Shown: piece after piece, positions 1 to 9,158 of the stretch
Position numbering within the stretch: position 1 is the first letter of the stretch
How the letters are laid out: every line of letters begins with the position of its first letter
NCBI GenBank assembly: GCA_046723385.1
Contig: JBKOUM010000124.1
Location: forward strand, 1 to 39,924
From: Actinomycetota bacterium
Lineage (GTDB): Bacteria; Actinomycetota; UBA4738; HRBIN12
Direction: 5' to 3'
Length of the DNA stretch: 39,924 bases
Position numbers and translations under genes: made by a program
Notes under the pieces: generated by a model
Told to the model about the DNA's origin: nothing
Database searches by the model: none
The model's input: the letters and a program-made list of their open reading frames with translations, nothing else

Positions 1-208
1 CGGCCGGATGGCCGCCGCCGACCTCGAGCAGGCCGGCGTCGACGCCGGAGTCGCGCAGGATGTCGCGCGTGCGTTCCGCGCTCGCCCTGACGTTCGCAGG
101 GTCGTAGCCCTCGTAGCCGACGGACGGGATCGCCACGAGGCTCGAGAGCTCGTCGATCACGCGGGGCATGTCGTCGTGGTTGGCGCGTCGGAGCGGGTCG
201 TGGTCCAT
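1..208 (-). CDS. M20/M25/M40 family metallopeptidase (dipeptidase-like), 5' part only, runs off the window
   Basis: Not in the ORF track. Manual translation from ATG at 208 gives MDHDPLRRANHDDMPRVIDELSSLVAIPSVGYEGYDPANVRASAERTRDILRDSGVDAGLLEVGGGHPA. 'L..LV.IPSV' and 'G.HPA' are typical of the M20 dipeptidase N-terminus. Confidence 0.75.
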   Translation of the reverse strand, partial: MDHDPLRRANHDDMPRVIDELSSLVAIPSVGYEGYDPANVRASAERTRDILRDSGVDAGLLEVGGGHPA

Positions 209-230
209 GGCGCGGGAGGCTATCGCGTCG

Positions 231-884
231 TCAGGGAGCGAGGCGCTCGACGCGCCATCCCGTCGCCGAGGCCGGATCGCGGCGGTACCGGAACCGGTCG
301 TGGAGCCTGAACGGCCGGCCCTGCCAGAACTCGATCGTGTCGGGGGTGAGGCGGTAGCCGCCCCAGTGCGGCGGACGCGGCACCTCCGTGCCATGGAACC
401 GCTCCTCCTCCGCCGCGACCCGGCGCTCGAGCTCGTCGCGATCGGCGAGCGCTTGGCTCTGGGGAGACGCCCACGCGCCGATCTGGGCTCCTCGAGGCCG
501 CGTGGCGAAGTAGGCGTCGGCCTCGTCGTCGGTGACCCGGTCGACGTCCCCGGTCACCGTCACCTGTCGATCGAGCTCGCGCCACAGGACGACGAGTGCC
601 GCGTGCGGGTTCTCGGTGAGCTGCCGACCCTTCCGGCTCTCGTGGTTCGTATAGAAGACGAACCCGCGGTCGTCGGCCGCGCGCAGCAAGACATGCCGTA
701 CGGACGGCCGGGCCTCCGCATCCGCGGTCGCGAGCGCCACCGCGTTCGGTAACGCGATCCCCGCGGTTCCGGCGTCCTCCAGCCAGGTGAGGAACTGCGC
801 GATCGGATCGTCCAGGAGATCGGAGCGATCCAGCGCCCGGTGCTCGTGCGAGGCCTCGCCCTCGATCCGGTCGGCCGGCGGCAT
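231..884 (-). CDS. pdxH: Pyridoxine/pyridoxamine 5'-phosphate oxidase
   Basis: C-terminal part of ORF 231..1175 from MPPADRIEG. Motifs GFVFYTN..SRKG, QIGAWASPQS, PPHWGGY, EFWQGRPFRLHDR. Confidence 0.95.
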   Translation of the reverse strand: MPPADRIEGEASHEHRALDRSDLLDDPIAQFLTWLEDAGTAGIALPNAVALATADAEARPSVRHVLLRAADDRGFVFYTNHESRKGRQLTENPHAALVVLWRELDRQVTVTGDVDRVTDDEADAYFATRPRGAQIGAWASPQSQALADRDELERRVAAEEERFHGTEVPRPPHWGGYRLTPDTIEFWQGRPFRLHDRFRYRRDPASATGWRVERLAP

Positions 885-886
885 GG

Positions 887-1552
887 CTATGTCGAGGAGC
901 CGGCGTGGGCGCGCGAGGCGAGCGCCGCGATCTTGCCGAGCCAGCCGTCGAGAGCCACGGCCGCCGCCGCCACGCCGAGGTAGAGGAGGCCGACCCACAC
1001 GGCGTTCACCAGGCCCTTGGCGTATCCCAGTCGGATCACGTCGACGAAGGGATACGCGTAGTAGTCGACGATCGCGCCGCGGATCAGGGCCAAGACGAAC
1101 CACCCGAGCGGGAACAGGAGGGAGAGCCACATGATGCGGCGCGAGGTTCGACCCCTCGGCCCGAAGACGATCCACGTCCCGACGGCCAAGAACGGGACCA
1201 CCGTATGCACGATCACGTCACCGACGAACGCCCAGCTCTCGAGGTCGAACAGCGAGCGGAGGGCCCCGTGGTAGACGACGCCGGTGATCGTGATCGCCGC
1301 GATCCCGATCAGCCGGAAGGTGTCGAACGTCGTCGACGTCCGGCGAGGGTCGATCGCGAGCAGGAGACACGTGACGCCCACGATCAGGTTCGATTGGACC
1401 GTGAAGAAGCTGAACACGTTGAACACGCGTCCCGCAGCGGTCGTGAAGAACCCGCCGGTCGTGGTCGCCGCCACCGCGACGCTCACGACGATCCCGAAGG
1501 CGACGGCCGCCGCCGTGAGTCCGAACCACCACCGAGCTTTCGCGGTGTCCAT
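887..1552 (-). CDS. Pr6Pr / FAR-17a-AIG1-like integral membrane protein
   Basis: From MDTAKARWW. About 6 hydrophobic segments, with motifs FSFFTVQSNL, ITGVVYH, H.VVP and YAYPFVD. Confidence 0.8.
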   Translation of the reverse strand: MDTAKARWWFGLTAAAVAFGIVVSVAVAATTTGGFFTTAAGRVFNVFSFFTVQSNLIVGVTCLLLAIDPRRTSTTFDTFRLIGIAAITITGVVYHGALRSLFDLESWAFVGDVIVHTVVPFLAVGTWIVFGPRGRTSRRIMWLSLLFPLGWFVLALIRGAIVDYYAYPFVDVIRLGYAKGLVNAVWVGLLYLGVAAAAVALDGWLGKIAALASRAHAGSST

Positions 1553-1811
1553 CCGCGAGGACCCTATCCCAGGGGCCTGATCGTGCGCGACGGTCTCCGC
1601 AACGAAGGCTTCCTGAGATGCCCCAGGCGGGAACCGTACGAACGGGACGAAAGCTGCCGGAGACGTCCGTGCAGGTGTGGAAGGGACATACTTGAGCCGA
1701 CCGAAGTCCACCGACGTGCGTGCGTCCCTTCGGCCCCACCAAGAGACGAGCGATGAGTTCCTCCCTTCGCCGAGGTCTCACCCTTCGACCGGTCGAGGAA
1801 GGAGGACCGTG

Positions 1812-2693
1812 ATGCCGCACGAGCCAACCGTCGGGGAGACTCGGGTTCTGTTGAGCGGTCTCGGCATGGGTGAGTCACCGCGGTGGCACGACGGGCGTCT
1901 CTGGTTCTCCGATTGGGGAACCAACGAGATCGTGGCGGTCGACCTCGAGGGGAACAGCGAGGTCATCGCGCCCGGCGGTGGGGGCAGCGGCTGGGCCGTC
2001 AAGCGGCTTGCTGATGGGCGGATGGTGATCACCGGCGAGGAGCTCATCCGCGTGGAGCCAGACGGGTCTCGCGTCAGGCACGCCGACCTGAGCCGTATCT
2101 CGCCGTACGGCTGGAGCGAAATCACCGTCGACGGACGCGGCAACATGTACGTCAACTCGATCAACTTCGACTTCGCCGATTTCGGCGACATCTTGGAGAG
2201 TGGAACGTCGCCGGGGAAGATCGCGCTCGTCACGGCCGATGGGAAGGCCCGCGAGGTCGCCGACGATCTGGCCTTCCCCAACGGCATGGTCGTGACGCCG
2301 GACAACACCACGCTGATCGTGGCCGAGTCGTTCGCTCGCCGGCTCACGGCCTTCGACATCGTCGCCGACGGCAGCTTGTCGAACCGGCGCATGTGGGCCG
2401 ACGTCACGGGCGACGGGATCTGCCTCGATGCCGAAGGGGCCGTGTGGTGCAGCGACGTCGGACCGGATGGAGGCGGTGTGTGTCTCCGGGTCCGCGAAGG
2501 CGGCGAGGTGGCCGATCGGATCGAGCTCGACCGCTCCTGCTACGCGTGCATGTTGGGCGGCGAGGACGGCAGGACGCTCTTCATGGCGGTGGCGAAGTGG
2601 TTCGGTCCGGACCGGATGGAGGAGCTGATCCAGGCGAGAACGGGTCAGATCTTGACCACCCGCGTGGCCACGCCGCACGCCGGCTGGCCATGA
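1812..2693 (+). CDS. SMP-30/gluconolactonase/LRE family protein
   Basis: AGGAAGGAGG RBS before ATG 1812. Motifs GESPRWHDGRLWFSD, FPNGM and DGICLDAEG of the six-bladed propeller lactonases. Confidence 0.9.
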   Translation: MPHEPTVGETRVLLSGLGMGESPRWHDGRLWFSDWGTNEIVAVDLEGNSEVIAPGGGGSGWAVKRLADGRMVITGEELIRVEPDGSRVRHADLSRISPYGWSEITVDGRGNMYVNSINFDFADFGDILESGTSPGKIALVTADGKAREVADDLAFPNGMVVTPDNTTLIVAESFARRLTAFDIVADGSLSNRRMWADVTGDGICLDAEGAVWCSDVGPDGGGVCLRVREGGEVADRIELDRSCYACMLGGEDGRTLFMAVAKWFGPDRMEELIQARTGQILTTRVATPHAGWP

Positions 2694-2855
2694 GGCACGC
2701 TGCGCGCCATCTCACCGATCCGGATCGGAAGCGGGTGGCGCCCGGTATCTCGATCGACGGTTCCCCCGCAGTCGATCGTGCGCCGATAGGAAGTGGGCAG
2801 GCAGGAGTGATGGGATCCGGAGAAGACTCCTCCTTGGATCCACATCCCTCCCCAG

Positions 2856-2927
<72 letters not shown>

Positions 2928-2939
2928 GAGCAAGCATCG

Positions 2940-2945
2940 AGTCTA
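2940..2945 (-). promoter_or_regulatory. Probable -10 element (TAGACT) for tRNA-Arg
   Basis: TAnnnT hexamer 12 nt upstream of the tRNA 5' end, divergent from the TATGCT at 2973-2978. Confidence 0.5.
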
Positions 2946-2985
2946 GCGGTCGGACCCGAGCTCCCCTGACCGTATGCTCCGAGTC

Positions 2986-3345
2986 GTGGCCACGGTGCTC
3001 CTCGTCGACGACGATCCGGCGATCCTCCGGCTGCTGGAGGTGAACTTCCGGCTGGAAGGCTTCGACACCCTCACCGCCGCCCGTGGCCCCGAGGCGATCG
3101 CCCTCGCGGCGCGCGTCCCCGATGCGATCGTCCTGGATCTGATGCTCCCGGAGATGGACGGCCACCAGGTCTACCGCAAGCTGCGGGAAGACCCGGCGCT
3201 CCGGGCGATCCCCGTGACCTTCCTGACGGCGCGCGCCCTCGACACCACGCCGATCGACCCGGGGGTGCGATACGTCACGAAGCCCTTCGACACCGCGGCG
3301 TTGATCGAGACGGTCCGCGCCTCGATCGCGGGGGGCGAGGCGTGA
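2986..3345 (+). CDS. Single-domain (CheY-like) response regulator
   Basis: VLLVDDD, phosphoacceptor Asp in IVLDLMLP, FLTA and KPF all present, with no output domain. GTG 2986 chosen because TATGCT lies 7 nt upstream (the ORF track starts at 2974). Confidence 0.88.
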   Translation: MATVLLVDDDPAILRLLEVNFRLEGFDTLTAARGPEAIALAARVPDAIVLDLMLPEMDGHQVYRKLREDPALRAIPVTFLTARALDTTPIDPGVRYVTKPFDTAALIETVRASIAGGEA

Positions 3346-5024
3346 TCGAGGACGACCTCCGTGCCTGGTTCCGTTCGGGTCTGGAGGCCGCCGCCCCCGG
3401 TCTGGGGCTGGACGGCGATCTTCCCGACCCCGAGGTGATGGAGCCTCGGCAGAAGGAGCACGGCGACTTCGCGACGAACGTCGCGCTCGCGGTGGCGGGT
3501 CGGCTCGGCGCGCCGCCCCGGCGCGTCGCGGAGACGATCGCCGCGGCGCTCCCCGAGGCGTCGTTCGTCCGATCCGTCGAGGTCGCCGGTCCCGGCTTCA
3601 TCAACGTCTTCCTCACCGAGGGGTGGCTCTACGACGTCCTGCGAAGGATCGCCGAAGAAGGCGAGCGGTTCGGGACCGCGCCCCGGAACGGGCAGCGGCT
3701 CCAGGTCGAGTTCGTGAGCGCGAATCCGACGGGTCCCCTGCACGTGGGGCACGCGCGCAACGCGGTCCTGGGCGACGCGATCGCGCGACTCCTGGACGCG
3801 GCCGGCTCCGACGTGGAGCGCGAGTACTACTACAACGACGCGGGCGGCCAGATGGACCGCTTCGGCGCGTCGGTCGACGCTGCGTACCTGACCCACCTCG
3901 GAAGACCGACGGCGATCCCGGAGGACGGCTACCACGGGGCGTACATCGATGACCTGGGGCGCGAGCTGGCCGGATCGTCGCCGGAGTGGGCCGAGGGATC
4001 GGACGACGAACGGTTCTCGGCGGTCCGGCACGCGGCCGCCGAGCAGGTCTTGGGCTGGATCGATGGAACCCTCGCGAGGTTCAACGTCCGCTTCGACTCC
4101 TACGTGTCGGAGGCCGAGCTGGCCGAGGCAGGCGAGATCGAAGAAGCGATCCGCCGTTTGCGCGAGGCCGGGGTCGCCTACGACGAGGAGGGTGCGGTGT
4201 GGTTCCGCTCGACGGCGTTCGGGGACGACAAGGATCGCGTCCTCGTGCGGTCGAACGGCCGGCACACGTACTTCGGCGCCGACTGCGCGTACCTGATCCA
4301 CAAGTTCAACCGCGGCTTCGATCGGGCGATCTACGTCTGGGGGGCCGACCACCACGGCGACATCGCGCGCGTGCGCGGCGCCGTCCAAGCCCTCGGGTAC
4401 GACCCGACCGCGGTCGAGTTCGTGATCTACCAATGGGTGTCGTTCCTCCGCGCGGGCGAGCCCGTGCCCATGAGCAAGCGCGCCGGAACCTTCGTCTCGC
4501 TCGACGAGCTGATCGACGAGGTCGGGACCGACGCCGCTCGGTTCCACCTGCTGCTGTTCGGGAACGACCACTCGATGCGGTTCGACATCGACGCGGTCAA
4601 GCGGCAGTCGATGGAGAACCCCGTCTACTACGTCCAGTACGGACATGCCCGCATCGCCTCGATCCTGCGCAGGGCGGAGGAGGCAGGGATCACGATGCGA
4701 CCGATCGCCGAGGTGGATCTGGGCTCACTGGTCGATCCCGCCGAGGTGGACCTGCTGAAGGCGCTCGCCGACATCCCGGCCACGATCGCGAAGGCGGCGG
4801 AGCTCCGCGCCCCCCACCGGGTCGCCCACGCCTCCCAGGACGTGGCGGCGCGCTTCCATCGCTTCTACACCGACTGCCGCGTCGTCTCCGACGACGCCGA
4901 GCTCACGCAGGCGCGCCTGTGGCTCTGCCGCGGGTCGAAGGCCGTGCTCGCGAACCTCCTCGCGCTCGTCGGGGTCTCGGCGCCGGAACGGATGGACCGC
5001 GACGATGGCTCGGAGCCCGCGTGA
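3342..5024 (+). CDS. argS: Arginine--tRNA ligase
   Basis: VEFVSANPTGPLHVGHAR (HIGH), GADHHG, MSKRAG (KMSK-like), YYVQYGHARI. Confidence 0.97.
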   Translation: MIEDDLRAWFRSGLEAAAPGLGLDGDLPDPEVMEPRQKEHGDFATNVALAVAGRLGAPPRRVAETIAAALPEASFVRSVEVAGPGFINVFLTEGWLYDVLRRIAEEGERFGTAPRNGQRLQVEFVSANPTGPLHVGHARNAVLGDAIARLLDAAGSDVEREYYYNDAGGQMDRFGASVDAAYLTHLGRPTAIPEDGYHGAYIDDLGRELAGSSPEWAEGSDDERFSAVRHAAAEQVLGWIDGTLARFNVRFDSYVSEAELAEAGEIEEAIRRLREAGVAYDEEGAVWFRSTAFGDDKDRVLVRSNGRHTYFGADCAYLIHKFNRGFDRAIYVWGADHHGDIARVRGAVQALGYDPTAVEFVIYQWVSFLRAGEPVPMSKRAGTFVSLDELIDEVGTDAARFHLLLFGNDHSMRFDIDAVKRQSMENPVYYVQYGHARIASILRRAEEAGITMRPIAEVDLGSLVDPAEVDLLKALADIPATIAKAAELRAPHRVAHASQDVAARFHRFYTDCRVVSDDAELTQARLWLCRGSKAVLANLLALVGVSAPERMDRDDGSEPA

Positions 5025-6310
5025 CGGCCCCCGAGGTTCGGATCGGGATGCTCGGGTGCGGGACCGTCGGGAGTGCGGTCGCGCGGATGCTCTCCGAGCA
5101 CGCTGACGATATCGAGCGTCGCGCGGGCGTCCGGTTGCGCGTCTCCCGCGTGGCCGTCCGGGACCCTGGGCGCGAACGGGACGTGCCCCTGCCTGCGGAT
5201 GCGTTCACGAGCGACGGTGCGTCGGTCGCGGTCGACCCCCACATCGACGTCGTCCTGGAGCTGCTGGGGGGGCTCGAACCGGCTCGGGCCTTGCTGCTGC
5301 GGGCGCTCGGGGCGGGGAAGCCCGTGGTCACGGCGAACAAGGAGCTCCTCGCCGCAGCCGGGAAGCAGCTGTTCGAGACCGCCGACTCGGCAGGCCGCGA
5401 CCTCCGGTTCGAAGCTGCGGTCGCCGGGGGGATCCCGCTGATCGCTCCGTTGAAGGAATCGCTCGCCGGCGAGCGCATCGAGCGCGTGCTCGGGATCGTG
5501 AACGGAACGACGAACTACGTCCTGACGCAGATGTCCGACCGCGGCTCGACGTTCGACGAAGCGCTGGCGGACGCCCAGCGGCTCGGGTACGCGGAGGCCG
5601 ACCCGACCGCTGACATCGACGGGTTCGACGCCGCCGCCAAGTGCGCGATCCTCGCGTCGATCGCGTTCGACACCCGCGTCGTGGGCGACGACGTGTACCG
5701 GGAGGGGATCGCCGGCGTGACGCCGCAGGACATCGCCGACGCGACCAGGCTGGGGTACGTCGTGAAGCTGCTCGCGATCGCGGAGCTGGAGGACGGTGAG
5801 GTCTCCGCCCGGGTCCATCCGGCGATGATCCCGGCGTCCCACCCGCTGGCGTCGGTGCGCGACGCGTTCAACGCGGTGTTCGTCGAGGGCGCCAGGGTCG
5901 GGCAGCTGATGTTCTACGGCCGGGGCGCGGGCGGCGACCCGACCGCCGCGAGTGTCGTCGGCGACCTGGTCGCCGTCGCCCGGAACGTCGCCTTCGGCGG
6001 CCGAGCGATCGGCTGCACGTGCGCGCTCGACCGGCCGATCCGTTCGATGGATCACACGACCGGTCAGTACTACCTCAACCTCGACGTCGAGGATCGCCCC
6101 GGCGTCCTGGCGGAGATCGCCGAGGCGTTCGGCCGCAACGGCGTCTCGATCGAGCGGGTGTGGCAGGAGGGCTTCGGTGAGGAGGCCACGCTCGTGTTCA
6201 TCACCCACCGGGCACGCGAGGGAGCGTTCCAGGACGCCGTCGCCGAGCTCCGCGGGCTCCCGAGCGTCCGCGCGGTCGCGAGCATGCTCCGCGTCGAGGG
6301 GGAGGAATGA
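5021..6310 (+). CDS. hom: Homoserine dehydrogenase with C-terminal ACT domain
   Basis: GTG 5021 overlaps the argS stop. Motifs [37 protein letters not shown], and ACT motif DRPGVLA. Confidence 0.96.
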   Translation: MTAPEVRIGMLGCGTVGSAVARMLSEHADDIERRAGVRLRVSRVAVRDPGRERDVPLPADAFTSDGASVAVDPHIDVVLELLGGLEPARALLLRALGAGKPVVTANKELLAAAGKQLFETADSAGRDLRFEAAVAGGIPLIAPLKESLAGERIERVLGIVNGTTNYVLTQMSDRGSTFDEALADAQRLGYAEADPTADIDGFDAAAKCAILASIAFDTRVVGDDVYREGIAGVTPQDIADATRLGYVVKLLAIAELEDGEVSARVHPAMIPASHPLASVRDAFNAVFVEGARVGQLMFYGRGAGGDPTAASVVGDLVAVARNVAFGGRAIGCTCALDRPIRSMDHTTGQYYLNLDVEDRPGVLAEIAEAFGRNGVSIERVWQEGFGEEATLVFITHRAREGAFQDAVAELRGLPSVRAVASMLRVEGEE

Positions 6311-7374
6311 CGGAGCCGGCCCGTCCCCATCAGTGGCGGGGCATCATCGAGGAATACCGGGCGCGACTGCCCGTTTCGGCCGGCACACCGATCGTCACGC
6401 TCCGCGAAGGGGGGACCCCGCTCGTCCGCTCCGATCCGATGTCGCTCGAGACGGGATGTGAGGTCTGGCTCAAGTACGACGGCGCCAACCCCACCGGGTC
6501 GTTCAAGGACCGAGGCATGACGCTCGCGATCTCGAAGGCGATGGAGGAGCACGCGAAGGCCGTCGTCTGCGCGTCGACCGGCAACACGAGTGCGTCCGCC
6601 GCCGCGTACGCCGCGAAGGCCGGGATGACCTGTGCGGTGCTCGTCCCCAAGGGGAAGGTCGCGCTGGGCAAGATGGCCGCGACGCTCGTCCACGGAGCGA
6701 AGATGCTCGAGGTCAACGGCAACTTCGACGCATCGCTCGACGTCGCCCGAGACCTGGCGGACCGATACCCCGTCACGCTCGTGAACAGCGTCAACCCGTT
6801 CCGCCTCGAGGGCCAGAAGACCGCGGCGTTCGAGGTCTGCGACGCGCTCGGGCGAGCGCCGGACGTTCACTGCGTCCCGGTCGGCAACGCGGGGAACATC
6901 TCGAGCCACTGGATGGGCTACTCGGACTACCTGCGGGACGGCGCGATCGCCGAACCACCCCAGCTCTTCGGGTTCCAGGCAGCGGGTGCCGCACCGATCG
7001 TCCGGGGGGCACCGGTCGCGGACCCGCAGACGATCGCGACCGCGATCCGGATCGGCAACCCCGCGTCGTGGGAGAAGGCGACGGCCGCCGCGACCGCGTC
7101 CGAAGGGGCGATCGAGGCGGTCACCGACCGGCAGATCCTGGCCGCGTATCGGCGCGTTGCCCGCGAGGGTCTGTTCGTCGAACCTGCGAGCGCCGCGAGC
7201 GTCGCCGGCATGTTGCAGCTCCACGCCGAAGGTCGCCTGCCCGCCGGGAGCACCGTGGTCTGCATCCTGACCGGCCACGGCCTCAAGGACACGGAGTGGG
7301 CGATCGCCGGCGCCGCGCACCCGACGACGGTCGCCGCCGACGCCGGGGCGGTGGCGGCGGCACTCGGTCTGTAG
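6307..7374 (+). CDS. thrC: Threonine synthase
   Basis: [10 protein letters not shown] (PLP lysine), [31 protein letters not shown]. Confidence 0.97.
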   Translation: MTEPARPHQWRGIIEEYRARLPVSAGTPIVTLREGGTPLVRSDPMSLETGCEVWLKYDGANPTGSFKDRGMTLAISKAMEEHAKAVVCASTGNTSASAAAYAAKAGMTCAVLVPKGKVALGKMAATLVHGAKMLEVNGNFDASLDVARDLADRYPVTLVNSVNPFRLEGQKTAAFEVCDALGRAPDVHCVPVGNAGNISSHWMGYSDYLRDGAIAEPPQLFGFQAAGAAPIVRGAPVADPQTIATAIRIGNPASWEKATAAATASEGAIEAVTDRQILAAYRRVAREGLFVEPASAASVAGMLQLHAEGRLPAGSTVVCILTGHGLKDTEWAIAGAAHPTTVAADAGAVAAALGL

Positions 7375-7399
7375 CGCCCGCGATACGCTCCGCGCCACC

Positions 7400-8278
7400 A
7401 TGCGCGTCACCGTTCGCGTCCCCGCGACCGCCGCCAACCTCGGACCGGGGTTCGACAGCTTCGGTCTCGCGCTCGACCTCTGCAACGAGGTGAGCGTGGA
7501 CACGTCCGGTCCCGCAGGGATCGTCTGGGAAGGCGAGGGCGCCTCCGAGCTCCCGGTGGACGGATCCGATCTGATCGGGCGGGTGATGGCGGCCGTCGCC
7601 GGGCGGATGTCGCTCCCGATCGCCCCGCACCACCGGTTCGCGCGGAACCGGATCCCCCTCGCTCGTGGCCTCGGCTCGTCCTCGGCCGCGACGGTCGCGG
7701 GCATCGTCCTGACCTCGGTGATGCTCGACCTGGGCATCCACCACGACCCGACCTCCGTCTTCGCGATCGCGTCCGAGATCGAGGGGCATCCCGACAACGC
7801 GGCCGCCGCGTCCTTCGGCGGATTCACGATCGCCCTCCCGGAGGGAGGTGTTCACCGGCTCGACCCACACCCCGACCTCCGTCCCGTGATGTTCGTCCCG
7901 GACGTGCGCGTCTCGACGAGCGAGGCGCGCGTCGGGCTGCCCGACCCGGTGCCGCGCGCGGCGGCGGTGTCGAACATCGCCCACGCCGCGCTCACCGTGC
8001 AGGCGCTTTCGCGCGATCCGTCGCTGCTGCCCGTGGCGCTCGTCGACCGGCTGCACGAGGACGTCCGGCTCGCGGCCGTCCCTGAGGTGGCCGCGGTGGC
8101 CGACGAGCTCCGTCGGTCGCACGTCCCGGTCTGCCTCTCGGGCTCGGGGCCTTCCCTCCTGGCGTTCGAGCGCGACGACCGGCCCCCGCTCAGCCTCGAG
8201 TCGGCCGCCGCCCCTCCGTCGTGGCGGATCCTTCGCCCGGGCGTCCGTTCGCGAGGGTTCGAGGTGGCGGGGGCGTGA
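7400..8278 (+). CDS. thrB: Homoserine kinase
   Basis: VPAT.ANLGPGFD, IPLARGLGSSSA (GHMP motif), EGHPDN, LSGSGPS. Confidence 0.96.
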   Translation: MRVTVRVPATAANLGPGFDSFGLALDLCNEVSVDTSGPAGIVWEGEGASELPVDGSDLIGRVMAAVAGRMSLPIAPHHRFARNRIPLARGLGSSSAATVAGIVLTSVMLDLGIHHDPTSVFAIASEIEGHPDNAAAASFGGFTIALPEGGVHRLDPHPDLRPVMFVPDVRVSTSEARVGLPDPVPRAAAVSNIAHAALTVQALSRDPSLLPVALVDRLHEDVRLAAVPEVAAVADELRRSHVPVCLSGSGPSLLAFERDDRPPLSLESAAAPPSWRILRPGVRSRGFEVAGA

Positions 8279-8314
8279 ACGGACGAACGCCGGCGGCTCG
8301 GTAGGGTGAGGACC

Positions 8315-9109
8315 GTGGCCACGATCGCCCACATCTCCGACCCGCACGTCGGGTCTCCGCATTTCGTCCCGAACCTGATGAACCGCGTGATCTCCGAGCT
8401 GAACGAGCTCAGCCCCGACGTCGTCGTCGTCTCGGGCGACCTGACGACCGACGGGTTCCGACCTGAATACAAGGCCTGGCTCGCGTACGCCGACCGGATC
8501 GAGGCGCCGCTCCTCACCGTCCCGGGCAACCACGACTCACGGAACGTCGGATACCTCCACTTCGAGGATCTGATCGGCCCGCGGATGTGGGCCAAGGACG
8601 CGGGGGACGTCCGCATCGTCGGCGTGGACTCGAGCGAACCCGACCTGAACGAAGGCCAGGTCGGCCGCGTCCACTACGACTGGATCAGCGATCAGTTCGC
8701 CGGTCCGGCGGCGCTGAAGGTCTTCGTCCTGCACCACCACCTGCTCCCCATCCCCGGCACCGGCCGGGAGCGATCGACCGTGATGGACGCTGGGGACCTG
8801 CTCGAGGTGCTCGTCCACGCGGGCGTCCACGTCGTGCTGTCGGGCCACAAGCACGTGCCGTACGTCTGGCGGATCGAGGACCTCTACATCGCGAACGCCG
8901 GGACCGTGTCGTCGCTGCGGCTGCGCGGATACGGCAAGCCGTGCTACAACGTCCTCGAGTTCGACGGGGACGAGGTCTCGATCTACCGCGTGTTCCCGTT
9001 CGAAGGTGAGCGGCACCTGATGGCCCGGTTCGTGCTGTTCGAGGCCGCTCGGCATCATCGCGAGGCACCCGTCCAGCAGGTGGCGGCGACGCCCGAAACA
9101 GCCCAGTAG
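8315..9109 (+). CDS. Calcineurin-like metallophosphoesterase (CpdA/Icc-like); candidate cDPG hydrolase
   Basis: All five metal motifs present: ISDPH, SGDLT, GNHD, LHHH, GHKH. Start GTG 8315 lies 7 nt after TAGGGT (8302-8307); the ORF track starts at 8306. Confidence 0.9.
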   Translation: MATIAHISDPHVGSPHFVPNLMNRVISELNELSPDVVVVSGDLTTDGFRPEYKAWLAYADRIEAPLLTVPGNHDSRNVGYLHFEDLIGPRMWAKDAGDVRIVGVDSSEPDLNEGQVGRVHYDWISDQFAGPAALKVFVLHHHLLPIPGTGRERSTVMDAGDLLEVLVHAGVHVVLSGHKHVPYVWRIEDLYIANAGTVSSLRLRGYGKPCYNVLEFDGDEVSIYRVFPFEGERHLMARFVLFEAARHHREAPVQQVAATPETAQ

Positions 9110-9158
9110 GGACCTTCCGCCGCCCCCGGGCGCGAGAGAGAGGCAGAGGGCACACCGG

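Noticed and set aside
3986-6310. 774-aa ORF suggesting an N-terminally extended homoserine dehydrogenase (likewise 9209..11536 and 33191..35377)
   Set aside because: The extensions are off-frame read-through of the upstream genes (R/G/P-rich junk). The real starts overlap the upstream stop codons at 5021, 10520 and 34583.
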